A stretch of DNA of 64,000 nucleotides. Origin: Candidatus Woesearchaeota archaeon. GTDB taxonomy: Archaea > Nanobdellota > Nanobdellia > Woesearchaeales > GW2011-AR4. Each line of letters begins with the position of its first letter. Within the stretch, counting starts at the first letter, position 1. The translations under genes and the position numbers were made by a program. Below, piece after piece: positions 9,023-17,951 of this stretch. The notes beneath the pieces were generated by a model that was not told the origin of the DNA, did not search any database, and saw nothing but the letters and a program-made list of their open reading frames with translations. The stretch lies in the NCBI GenBank assembly GCA_018303505.1, contig JAGVYA010000040.1:6809-70808 (forward strand), given 5' to 3'.

Positions 9023-10693
9023 ATGAAAGATTTGCCTAATATTTTCACAAAAATAAACGTACAGATACTTGAACTTCTTTCAAGAGAAAAACTGCATATA
9101 AGAGAGATTGCAGGAAGAATAAAATGCTCTCCTGCAAAAGTGCATGCATGCATAAAGGTTTTCAAAAAAAATAACATTGTCAAGGAAGTTAGCGAGAAAA
9201 ACAGGAAAGTTATTGTGTTGAACCTTGAAAATGAGCTGACAAGGCAAATTCTTCAATTAATAAATATAGACAAAAGCATTGAAGGCCCTTATTTAGTGCC
9301 GGAAAAAATAAACTTGTTTGATGCAATAAGCCCGCTTGATTTCAGGTATTATGGAAGAAATAAGAATATATTTGCAAAATTGCAGCCATACCTTTCTGAA
9401 GCAGCTTTTATAAAATATGCCTTGAAGGTTGAATCAGCTCTTACAAGAGTTCTTGCAAAAAACCAAATCTGCTCGAAAAGAATTGCTGATGAGATGGAAA
9501 AGGCATGCAGACAAGTCACTCCAGAGCAAGTCTATGCCGAGGAAGACAGGATAAAGCATAACATAAGAGCGTTGTCAAACTGCATAAGGAATAAGGTAAG
9601 CGAAGAAACAAAGCCATTTGTTCATTTTACAGCTACAAGCTATGACATAATTGCAACTGCTGACGCATTAAGGTACAAGGATTTTACAAATAATGCTCTA
9701 ATTCCAGAATTATTAAAATTCCAGTCAATATTAATTAATCTTGCTCTTAGGGAAAAAGGTGCAATACAGATTGGAAGAACACATGGGCAGCATGCTGAGC
9801 CAATTACATTTGGCTTTGCAATTGCGCAGTATGTAAGCCGTCTCGGAAATTCCATACTAAAAATCAGAAAAGCAGCAAACAATTTAAGGGGAAAAATGGC
9901 AGGCGCTGTAGGAGCTTACAATGCATCCTCATTATTTTTTAATGAGCCTGTTGAGTTTGAGAAAGAAGTCCTAAATGAACTTGGGCTAAAAGCATCTCCA
10001 ATTTCAACGCAGATTGTTGAAGCAGAGTTTTTGGCTGATTACTTAAGCGGCATTATCTCTGCATTTGGAGTATTGGCAAATTTAGCTGATGACATGAGGC
10101 ATCTTCAAAGAAATGAAATTGGCGAAGTTGGGGAATTTTTTGAATCAAAGCAGGTTGGCTCATCAACCATGCCGCAGAAGAGAAATCCAATAAACTTCGA
10201 GAATGTAAAAAGCATGTGGAAAGAATTTATGCCGAGAATGATGACAATTTACATGGACCAAGTATCTGAGCACCAGAGAGACCTGACAAATTCCGCATCA
10301 ATGAGGTTCATCCCGGAAATATTGGCTGGGTTTTACGTTTCTGTTTTAAGGCTGAATAGAGTTATGTCTGAATTGGCTGTTGACAAGGAAAATATGAAGA
10401 AAAATTTTGACATGAATAAAAATATGATTGTTGCAGAGCCGCTTTACATTTTGCTGGCTGCAAACGGGCATCCTGATGCGCATGAATATGTAAGGGAAAT
10501 GACTTTAAAATCGCAATTGAGCAAAATTCCATTAATTTCCTTGGTTAAAAAAGATAAATCAATAAAACAATATTTGAAAAAATTCAATAAAAAGCAATTG
10601 GAAATTCTAAACAATCCTGAAAAATATGTTGGGATTGCCGCAGAAAAAACCGAGATGATATGCAATTATTGGAAGAAAGAGTTGAAAGTATGA
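9023..10693 (+). CDS. purB: Adenylosuccinate lyase with N-terminal winged-HTH domain
   Basis: AISPLDFRY, GRTHGQHA, GSSTMPQKRNPINFE; first ~90 aa read as wHTH (LHIREIAGRIKCSPAKVH). Confidence 0.93.
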   Translation: MKDLPNIFTKINVQILELLSREKLHIREIAGRIKCSPAKVHACIKVFKKNNIVKEVSEKNRKVIVLNLENELTRQILQLINIDKSIEGPYLVPEKINLFDAISPLDFRYYGRNKNIFAKLQPYLSEAAFIKYALKVESALTRVLAKNQICSKRIADEMEKACRQVTPEQVYAEEDRIKHNIRALSNCIRNKVSEETKPFVHFTATSYDIIATADALRYKDFTNNALIPELLKFQSILINLALREKGAIQIGRTHGQHAEPITFGFAIAQYVSRLGNSILKIRKAANNLRGKMAGAVGAYNASSLFFNEPVEFEKEVLNELGLKASPISTQIVEAEFLADYLSGIISAFGVLANLADDMRHLQRNEIGEVGEFFESKQVGSSTMPQKRNPINFENVKSMWKEFMPRMMTIYMDQVSEHQRDLTNSASMRFIPEILAGFYVSVLRLNRVMSELAVDKENMKKNFDMNKNMIVAEPLYILLAANGHPDAHEYVREMTLKSQLSKIPLISLVKKDKSIKQYLKKFNKKQLEILNNPEKYVGIAAEKTEMICNYWKKELKV

Positions 10694-10701
10694 TTTATTA
10701 C

Positions 10702-10851
10702 TATACTCACGGACAAAAAATATTGAACAATTGTTGTCCATTCGTAATATGTCGGAAATTGCAAAAATGTATAATAAATTGTTACAATTTCCGAGCATGC
10801 TCAAAAATCTTTGATTTTTGACAAGCAAAAGACATTGATTTGACAATGCTT
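10702..10851 (+). repeat. Dispersed multi-hairpin element, family 1, copy A
   Basis: TATACTCAC-hairpin-TTCGTAATATG-TCGGAAATTG/CAATTTCCGA-GCATGC-TCAAAAATC/GATTTTTGA-CA; homologous to 52022-52206. Confidence 0.85.
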
Positions 10852-10950
10852 AAGCTTTCATTCAAATTCCAGCTTCTCAGTAAGATTTATAAAGCAAGAT
10901 TGTTTCTTCGACGTAATATAAAAAAAATAATATTTTGGAGTAATGACAAA

Positions 10951-11724
10951 ATGAGCGTTGCAATTGACCTGAAAGGAAAAAAGGCAATAGTTTTTGGAAT
11001 TGCCAATGACAAGAGCATTGCGTGGCACATAGCAAAAAGGCTGAATGATGCTGGATGCAGGATTGCAGCAGGCTATCAGGAAAGAGTGGAGCAATTATTT
11101 TTGCCTTTGATGAAGGAATTAAACAATCCGGTTTATGCAAAATGCGATGTTGTTGACGATGCCCAAATGGATTCTTTCTTCAAGAAGATTCAAGAAGATT
11201 TTGGAGAATTTGATTTTTTGATTCACAGCATTGCATTTGCCAAAAGAGAGCACTTGCAAGGCAAGTTTATGGATGTTGACAAAAGAGGCTACCAGGTTGC
11301 TCATGAGGTAAGCGCTTATTCCTTGATAGAATTGGCAAGAAGGGCAATGCCCATGCTCAAAAAAAATGGCTCAATAATAGCAATGACTTATCTCGGAAGT
11401 GAGAAAGCTGTGCCTGGCTACAACATAATGGGCGTTGCAAAAGCTGCTCTTGAATCATGTGTTAGGTATTTAGCTTGCGATTTAGGCGAGAAAAAAATAA
11501 GAGTCAATGCCATATCTGCTGGGCCAATTGCAACGCTAGCTGCATCCGGCATTGCAAACTTTCCAGAGATGCTTCTAAACTATGTTGCAAAAGCGCCATT
11601 AAAAAGAAACATTACAGCAGACGAAGTTGCAGACTGCGCATTATTTCTTTGCAGCGACTTGTCAAAGGCAATAACTGGGCAGGTTATTTTTGTGGATGCT
11701 GGATACAATATAATGGGGATTTAA
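10951..11724 (+). CDS. fabI: Enoyl-ACP reductase FabI
   Basis: GIANDKSIAW, HSIAFA, YNIMGVAKAALE (Y-x6-K), VNAISAGPI.TLAA; start placed at MSVAID rather than the upstream TTG. Confidence 0.92.
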   Translation: MSVAIDLKGKKAIVFGIANDKSIAWHIAKRLNDAGCRIAAGYQERVEQLFLPLMKELNNPVYAKCDVVDDAQMDSFFKKIQEDFGEFDFLIHSIAFAKREHLQGKFMDVDKRGYQVAHEVSAYSLIELARRAMPMLKKNGSIIAMTYLGSEKAVPGYNIMGVAKAALESCVRYLACDLGEKKIRVNAISAGPIATLAASGIANFPEMLLNYVAKAPLKRNITADEVADCALFLCSDLSKAITGQVIFVDAGYNIMGI

Positions 11725-11762
11725 TTATATTGTAAATAATAGGGATTTAATTATATTGTAAA
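11711..11762. repeat. 26-bp tandem duplication spanning the fabI stop codon
   Basis: TAATGGGGATTTAATTATATTGTAAA followed by TAATAGGGATTTAATTATATTGTAAA. Confidence 0.9.
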
Positions 11763-11807
11763 CTTTAGCTAAAAACCTTTATAAACACCAATTCTTACTC
11801 TTTTAAT

Positions 11808-12911
11808 ATGAAGCAAAGCTACCAAGAGCGGGAATCAAAAGCTGTTGATGCCATTAAAAAAGCAATTCCTAATTCTTTAAAATCAAATATGCTTCAGCAA
11901 AGCAAAGGCATGTTTGCTGAGCTTTATGAAAATAATGAGGTTTTTCCTAAGCATTACATTGCAACTGCTATTGACAGCGTAGGCACGAAAATAATAATTG
12001 CAGAAGCCATGGAAAAATACGGCACAATTGGCATTGATTGCGTTGCCATGAGTGCAAATGACTTGGCAACTTTAGGCGCAGTTAGCCCTTTTTTGTTTAT
12101 GAATTGCATATTGTGCCAATCTGAAATACAGGAAAAAAGAATAACAGGAGATATAGTGAAAGGAATGTCAAAAGGTTTAGAGCAATGCAATGCTTCAAAT
12201 ATTTTAAAAAATTCAATTAAGATTAATTTTGGAAAAGGAGAAACTGCTTCAGTAGATGAATTATTAAGTTCGCCAAAAAGCGGTTATGCTTTTGATATCA
12301 TTGGTTGTATGGTAGGTTTCATTGAAAAACAAAAATTAAATAGACGAAAAGTAAAAGCTGGACAAAAAATAATTGCATTAAAAAGCTCTGGGACTCATTC
12401 AAACGGCTATACAGATTTAAGGCATTATTTATTGAAAGGGGATTTTGAGACAAGGCAAGAATTCAAGAAAAAATACAAAGGCAGATTTAATTTGGATGAT
12501 AAATTTGATGGTTCAACAATCGGCAAAATTCTGTTGGAGCCAACAAAAATCTATATTCAAACTATGGCAAAAATATCAAAAAATTTTGATGTTGTTGGTA
12601 TAAATAACACTGGTTATGGCTTAAAGAATTTCAATAGAATTAAAGAAAAAGTTGAATTCAGAATTAACACGCCATTAAAACCGCAAGCAGTTTTTAGTTT
12701 GATGCAAAAAGAATCTGGATTTAGTGATGAACAAATGTACAAAACCTTCAACATGGGAATGGGATTTTTTGTGATTTGCAATAAAGAAGATGTTGATGAT
12801 ATTTTGCAGATTGCAAAGGATGGTGGTGTTGTTGGGGAAGTGAGAAATGGTAATGAAACTGTAACTGTTTTGGAGAAGTTTAAGAATAAACTCTCATTTA
12901 GAGGATACTAG
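11808..12911 (+). CDS. purM: AIR synthetase (divergent)
   Basis: DSVGTK, IGIDCVAMSANDL, GETA, SSGTHSNGY, LLEPTKIY, TFNMGMG. Confidence 0.92.
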   Translation: MKQSYQERESKAVDAIKKAIPNSLKSNMLQQSKGMFAELYENNEVFPKHYIATAIDSVGTKIIIAEAMEKYGTIGIDCVAMSANDLATLGAVSPFLFMNCILCQSEIQEKRITGDIVKGMSKGLEQCNASNILKNSIKINFGKGETASVDELLSSPKSGYAFDIIGCMVGFIEKQKLNRRKVKAGQKIIALKSSGTHSNGYTDLRHYLLKGDFETRQEFKKKYKGRFNLDDKFDGSTIGKILLEPTKIYIQTMAKISKNFDVVGINNTGYGLKNFNRIKEKVEFRINTPLKPQAVFSLMQKESGFSDEQMYKTFNMGMGFFVICNKEDVDDILQIAKDGGVVGEVRNGNETVTVLEKFKNKLSFRGY

Positions 12912-12946
12912 TGCCTTATCTTGTGCCTCAGAATCATATACGTTGG

Positions 12947-13423
12947 TTAGATATCACCTAGTTTTTCTGCGGCTTTATCCCTTCTGTATGTGTATACTAT
13001 TGCTCCTCCACCAACACCTATAAACGCAGAAATAAAAAAAATCAAACCTTCCGGACTATCTAGTCTGGTGTTAGTTGGATATTGTTCAAGATCACCGTAT
13101 TCTTTTGCAATATCTTCTGCATACGGAAATGATGCTAGCGATTCTCTTTCGTTGGAAAGCTTGCGCAATCTTCTTTCCAATAAATTCCTAACAACTTGGG
13201 GATCTCTATATTTTGTATGTATTGCATTATGGGAATCAACTTCCTTAACTGTTTTTGAAAGCTCTTGTCGAACTTCATGTAGTCTGGCTATTCCAGGATT
13301 AGCATGTCTTATATTGCGAAGCCGAGCTTCATAAAATGACTCACCAATAATAATACCGCCGAGTCCACTTAATCCAAAAACCGCTACTCCTATTAGTGCA
13401 CTTTCAATTCTAGATAATGACAT
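12947..13423 (-). CDS. Hypothetical two-TM membrane protein
   Basis: N- and C-terminal hydrophobic helices around a helical region. Confidence 0.6.
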   Translation of the reverse strand: MSLSRIESALIGVAVFGLSGLGGIIIGESFYEARLRNIRHANPGIARLHEVRQELSKTVKEVDSHNAIHTKYRDPQVVRNLLERRLRKLSNERESLASFPYAEDIAKEYGDLEQYPTNTRLDSPEGLIFFISAFIGVGGGAIVYTYRRDKAAEKLGDI

Positions 13424-13498
13424 TTTATTGAATACAAGTAAACAAGGTCAATTTAAAAAGATTTGGTATTTCAATCTTGAGAAGTATAATTTAAACAA

Positions 13499-13933
13499 TT
13501 ATTTGGTTGAGTCTTCATCAGTTAAATGAAATTCGATAGTGCCCTCCTTCTTGGCTGGATTGCCTCCCGTAAGTAGCGCTCCTAACAAGCCAACAACAAA
13601 TGCGGCTCCGCTTACCCAAGTAATTTTATCATACATATCCTGTTGTCTAATTACGTTTCTAACTTCAACTCGCGACATTAATACCCTATATTCTCTAGCT
13701 AAATCAAGTTGATTGGTAGAATATTGATAAACTCTATCAGGTGATCCTCTGGCTTCGCCCTTTCTAAATAAATCAGAAATCTCTCTTGTCAATTTAGGAA
13801 TTTCAGCTTCTATTTTTTGCACTCTTCCAAGTACACGATTTGAATCATAAGGGGAGATATATGTGCCATAAACAACACCACCCAGTCCAATAAAACCTGC
13901 GGCTGCAACTGATAGCATAAACTTAGTATACAT
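13499..13933 (-). CDS. Hypothetical two-TM membrane protein, same architecture as its neighbour
   Basis: Likely start MYTKFMLSVAAAG; two hydrophobic segments. Confidence 0.6.
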   Translation of the reverse strand: MYTKFMLSVAAAGFIGLGGVVYGTYISPYDSNRVLGRVQKIEAEIPKLTREISDLFRKGEARGSPDRVYQYSTNQLDLAREYRVLMSRVEVRNVIRQQDMYDKITWVSGAAFVVGLLGALLTGGNPAKKEGTIEFHLTDEDSTK

Positions 13934-14054
13934 TCTCTGCCCAATGTTAAGTCCTTCTGCACTTATAGGTTTTTTCTTCCATATTAACCAACTTAGAAAT
14001 AGCAATTCTTTTAAAAACATTTGCAGTCAATAAAAGAAAAACAAAATTAAGATT

Positions 14055-15056
14055 TCACTCATAACAAAGCACTGTCCTTGCTGTATTCCTTACCTCGACT
14101 GCTGTGGCTTTGAGATTTTCAACAATTTTAGCGATTGCTACTAGATTTGAGTTTGCAGTTTTGCTTTTAGTGCTTGCATGCATGTTTGTATATCTTTCTA
14201 GGAATTTGTCGCAAACTGCAGTTCTATCTTTATTTGTCACTTCTATGCCGATTGCAGCCTTCTTATCCTGATTATAATAGGACTTCATGACTTCATTGTA
14301 AGCCTCGCTTATGTCAGTGTGTATCTTGTCAAGCTCTGCAAGCGTTGCTCTTTCAAAGTTAGCTGTGGACAAGTATCTTGCAATTCTTTTCTGCCTGTCT
14401 GCTATTTTTTCCAGCCTTAAAATAGTGATTATATCGCTATGAAGTTGCCATGAATCTATGCCAAGAGATTTAGCAATACGGGGGTTTTTCATTGCGTTTT
14501 TTAAAACCCTGTAGCCAAGGAAATAAAGCCTGTTCACATCAAAATCCCTGTTGTGTATGCTCTCATAGTTGCAATGCCCCCTATAGCATAATATTGTGTC
14601 TTCCATCATAGCCCTTGTTATTATATCCATCCTTCTTATTATGTTGCTGATGGATATTTCATTGATATTGATTAGGTTTTTCGCAACAATCCTTGTAGAA
14701 GTTTGCTCCATTATCTCCAAGCCAGAAAGATTCCTGATTATATCCTTTATCTTAGGAGCTCCTTTATCATTATTATCAAATAAGATGTTTATTGTGTCAT
14801 AGCCATTTAAATAAGAAGATACAATTTCTGCTTTCAGCATTTCAATATCCTTATTTTTAGAATCTATATCTATCTCTTTAAAATCCAGTTTTTTTTCCTG
14901 CTGGTTTGCGCTTAGAGTCAGCCCAAAGCCATCATCGCTTACAGAAATCAAGTCGCCTTTTTTTAAATTATTTTTTTCAACCCAGCTCTTTGGCATTGAT
15001 ATGATATAAGAGCCTTTACCGAAGCTTATCAATTTTCTGACATCAATATTAACCAC
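14055..15056 (-). CDS. AbrB/MazE-domain plus PhoU-repeat regulator (archaeal PhoU-type)
   Basis: RKLISFGKGSYIISMPKSW N-terminus; SSYLNGYD, DFDVNRLYF, LEKIAD PhoU-like motifs. Confidence 0.88.
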   Translation of the reverse strand: MVNIDVRKLISFGKGSYIISMPKSWVEKNNLKKGDLISVSDDGFGLTLSANQQEKKLDFKEIDIDSKNKDIEMLKAEIVSSYLNGYDTINILFDNNDKGAPKIKDIIRNLSGLEIMEQTSTRIVAKNLININEISISNIIRRMDIITRAMMEDTILCYRGHCNYESIHNRDFDVNRLYFLGYRVLKNAMKNPRIAKSLGIDSWQLHSDIITILRLEKIADRQKRIARYLSTANFERATLAELDKIHTDISEAYNEVMKSYYNQDKKAAIGIEVTNKDRTAVCDKFLERYTNMHASTKSKTANSNLVAIAKIVENLKATAVEVRNTARTVLCYE

Positions 15057-15243
15057 CCCCTTTTGGGCTAATTTGTTTTGCTTATGTAAAATTAAGGCAT
15101 ATATAAAGATTATTATTAAAAATTATAGATATTGTAGAATATATTGTGATATATAGATAAATTCTTTTTTATATAGTATATATGTTATATAGGTTAATTA
15201 TTTATATAAAAACCCAACATTTGTTGATAAGTGGGGTGATGAT

Positions 15244-15390
15244 GTGCTAAAAAAAAGGCATTACAGCGATGAAGAAAGCGATGACGGCAATAACATCTAT
15301 TCAAAAAATGTCAGGGAATTATTGCTTGATGACGATGAATTAAGCCCAATGGAAGAGGCATTTATGAACGGTTATGAGGATGCCGTATAA
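15244..15390 (+). CDS. Small acidic protein (48 aa), not in ORF track
   Basis: GGGGTGA SD, GTG start, MLKKRHYSDEESDDGNNIYSKNVRELLLDDDELSPMEEAFMNGYEDAV. Confidence 0.7.
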   Translation: MLKKRHYSDEESDDGNNIYSKNVRELLLDDDELSPMEEAFMNGYEDAV

Positions 15391-15404
15391 AAAGGTGGTG
15401 GGAA

Positions 15405-15545
15405 GTGGCAAGATACGTTTGCATTAACTGCGGGACTTTTATTGTGAAAAGCGCGATAAGCGATCCTTACATGTGCAGGGACTGCGAGAGATTATTGGAA
15501 GGCACTGAAGGCAGGGAGAGGTATAATTATCTCGATAATTATTAA
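15405..15545 (+). CDS. Small zinc-ribbon protein (46 aa), not in ORF track
   Basis: AGGTGG SD, GTG start, CINC..CRDC; stop overlaps next ATG (TAATG). Confidence 0.7.
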   Translation: MARYVCINCGTFIVKSAISDPYMCRDCERLLEGTEGRERYNYLDNY

Positions 15546-15850
15546 TGGGGGTAAAAATGAAGCTGCACCAGCAGTTTGACTTGAATCTTAACGCTTTAAA
15601 AATAGATGATTTTAAGGATATACCTAAAGCAATAAATGAAATCCCGGTTTTAGTTGAAAAACTGATTAAGGATTTGCTGGAAGAAGGCTACATTGTTATT
15701 GAATCATCTGCTCGTTATATGGGAATCCCGAAAAGCATAACAGTTGTGAAGGATTTTACAGGCCCTTTTGTCACAAAGTTTTCTGCAAAGGTGCAAAATG
15801 ATTTTAATGCTCTTTCTAATACAATAGGTATTGAGAAATTGTTTGAATAA
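15545..15850 (+). CDS. Hypothetical protein
   Basis: Third ORF of a compact operon; translationally coupled. Confidence 0.7.
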   Translation: MGVKMKLHQQFDLNLNALKIDDFKDIPKAINEIPVLVEKLIKDLLEEGYIVIESSARYMGIPKSITVVKDFTGPFVTKFSAKVQNDFNALSNTIGIEKLFE

Positions 15851-15881
15851 TAGACGTGTCTAAAACCCTCAAATTCCGCCT

Positions 15882-15906
15882 TTTTAAGCCGTAAAAAGCC
15901 ATTCTA
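15882..15906. repeat. 25-bp direct repeat, left of PIN cassette
   Basis: TTTTAAGCCGTAAAAAGCCATTCTA; 23/25 identical to 17720-17744. Confidence 0.7.
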
Positions 15907-15924
15907 ATTAGGAAAGATACATAA

Positions 15925-16668
15925 TTAATTTATTAACAAAACGTGACCAATTTTTTGTTGATATTCTTTTGCTACTACAATTATAGACCTGTGTATTTCT
16001 TTATCACAAGTAAAAAACCCCATAGTGCCTATATCTTGATTACAAGATAATATCTCAGCAGCTAATAAAATATCTTCGTAATCTTTCTTATTATCAAATA
16101 TCTTATATTTACTTTCTTTAATCTTTTGAATCCACTCTTCATAAGTATCATATTGCTCTATATTCATTACATAAAAACTATGGAAAAAGTGCAAAAATTT
16201 ATTTAAAATTTCTTCCGCTCTTTTTTCTGCTTCCACATTATACTTCTCTCTAAATTCACCAAAAACCCCATTATTTTCAAATAACTCAGGAATAGAATAT
16301 TCTGTTAAGAGTAGATTTATAAAATTTTTAACACCACCTATATTAAAAGTTATTTCTTCAGATTTTTCTTTAATAAATTTTTCAATCTGTTGGTGTATAT
16401 TCGCAGATAGTGCGAGAGTGCTTGGTTTATAAGTTTCTGAGGGAGATTTACTTCTTTTAGTTTTTTCTTCTCTAATAGCAATCTCAATTATTGCACAACA
16501 AGTGGTCAAATAATCTTTGTAAGTGTATATAAAAACATGTTTTACTCTTGCTAATAACACATAATCATTTCTTTTATTTTTAGCCATAAAAAGCCAAACT
16601 TTATTATGAAATAAATCATTAGAATTACCATAAGCAAAAATTGTATTTACGTCGGAAGACAACTTCAT
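15925..16668 (-). CDS. PIN-domain-like protein
   Basis: N-terminal SDVNT, later DYEDILLAAE and FFTCDKE acidic motifs typical of PIN folds. Confidence 0.6.
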   Translation of the reverse strand: MKLSSDVNTIFAYGNSNDLFHNKVWLFMAKNKRNDYVLLARVKHVFIYTYKDYLTTCCAIIEIAIREEKTKRSKSPSETYKPSTLALSANIHQQIEKFIKEKSEEITFNIGGVKNFINLLLTEYSIPELFENNGVFGEFREKYNVEAEKRAEEILNKFLHFFHSFYVMNIEQYDTYEEWIQKIKESKYKIFDNKKDYEDILLAAEILSCNQDIGTMGFFTCDKEIHRSIIVVAKEYQQKIGHVLLIN

Positions 16669-16671
16669 TTT

Positions 16672-17373
16672 TCAAACATTATAATTAGGTTTAAATCCCA
16701 GTTGGTATAACACAGATATTCGCTCTGATCCAAGAAGTTTAGCAAAATACTCAAATTTTTTATCTTTAGCTTTATCTAAATGCATAAATATGTATATAAT
16801 CCTTAATAAAAAGTATTCAATTGGAATTCTTGTTTCGTTAAACTTTAAGATAGTGAAAGATGATAACTTAATATCCTTATATTTATTATAAAGTTCTTTT
16901 GATTGTTCTTGTATGTATTTAAACACTAACATTATTTCATTAAGTAATTTAATTTCAGATATAGACATATCAGAAGTTTCATTATATTTAAGTGCATCAT
17001 AAAATTCTTTTGCAAATTTAGAATATTCCAACATAGAATCTACTAAAACTTTCCACCTAATTTCTTGAATATTTTTATTTGTTAGTTCCTCTACGCTACA
17101 TTTTCTTATTAATTCATCTGATATACCAAAAAGTTCATTTAATTTGTCAATATTTTTAAAAAATATCTTGAGATTCCATTGTTCTTCAGGCAGAGTTTTC
17201 ATGAATTCATTTAGCTTTTCAATGTCTATGTTCCTGCGCTTTAACTCATTAAGAACAAGCTTGGCATTAATAGAATGATCTTTCTCAATAAAAAGTTTGT
17301 CTAGATAAGTTCTGACCGTAGACATAAATTCTTCTACCTTACTTGAGAATTGGTCCGAATTAAGAGAATCCAT
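16672..17373 (-). CDS. Hypothetical helical protein, probable partner of the PIN protein
   Basis: AT-rich ORF with GGGGGT SD, 3 nt from the next gene. Confidence 0.65.
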   Translation of the reverse strand: MDSLNSDQFSSKVEEFMSTVRTYLDKLFIEKDHSINAKLVLNELKRRNIDIEKLNEFMKTLPEEQWNLKIFFKNIDKLNELFGISDELIRKCSVEELTNKNIQEIRWKVLVDSMLEYSKFAKEFYDALKYNETSDMSISEIKLLNEIMLVFKYIQEQSKELYNKYKDIKLSSFTILKFNETRIPIEYFLLRIIYIFMHLDKAKDKKFEYFAKLLGSERISVLYQLGFKPNYNV

Positions 17374-17625
17374 GCATACCCCCTACACATTGGAAATACT
17401 TATCGATTTTTAAAGGTATAGGGTTGTAATAGAAAGACCATTTAATAACTTGAATTGATATCATAAGGTAACCTCTTTTCCTATATTTTTATATCTTGAA
17501 GTATTATATTTAAATATATTTCGTTTATTAGTGCTTTTTATCAAATCTCTGGTAAGTCAAATATAAACTCAATTTTTGCATTTGTGAACTACAAACAGTC
17601 ATCTTAAAAGGCTTAAATTCTGCCT

Positions 17626-17676
17626 TGTCAAAAATCATAGATTTTTGAGCATGTTCAAATTCTGCTGAATTGGTAA
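17626..17676 (-). repeat. Family 1 element, inverted degenerate core (copy B)
   Basis: TGTCAAAAATC-ATA-GATTTTTGA-GCATGT-TCAAATTC-TGCT-GAATTGG. Confidence 0.75.
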
Positions 17677-17719
17677 GTCTTGTGTAATTACTGCCCTTTA
17701 AAATGGCAGAATTTGCCCA

Positions 17720-17744
17720 TTTTAACCCTTAAAAAGCCATTCTA
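17720..17744. repeat. 25-bp direct repeat, right of PIN cassette
   Basis: TTTTAACCCTTAAAAAGCCATTCTA. Confidence 0.7.
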
Positions 17745-17951
17745 GGAACGAAAGGTTTATATAGTTAGGCTCTCTAAAAATCATGGGTTTAAATACTATT
17801 TTATCGACTATAAATTTGGGGTTTTAATAATTTTCATATAAACCGAAATTAGACATAAAACTAGATGGATTATGTTGATTAAATAAATTAATGAGTTAAA
17901 ATAAAAAATAAATTAAATTTGCATTAAACAAATTAAAAATTATAAAAAAAT

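Noticed and set aside
10840-10950. TTG-start N-terminal extension of fabI
   Set aside because: It begins in the repeat element and crosses promoter-like AT-rich DNA; FabI homology starts at MSVAID.
15133-15160. Possible NrdR box (AGAATATATTGTG)
   Set aside because: Only a partial match in ATAT-rich DNA, and the flanking genes are not nucleotide-reduction genes.
17745-17950. AT-rich stretch upstream of gyrB as a replication origin
   Set aside because: No ORB repeats or DnaA boxes recognised and no orc1/cdc6 nearby.
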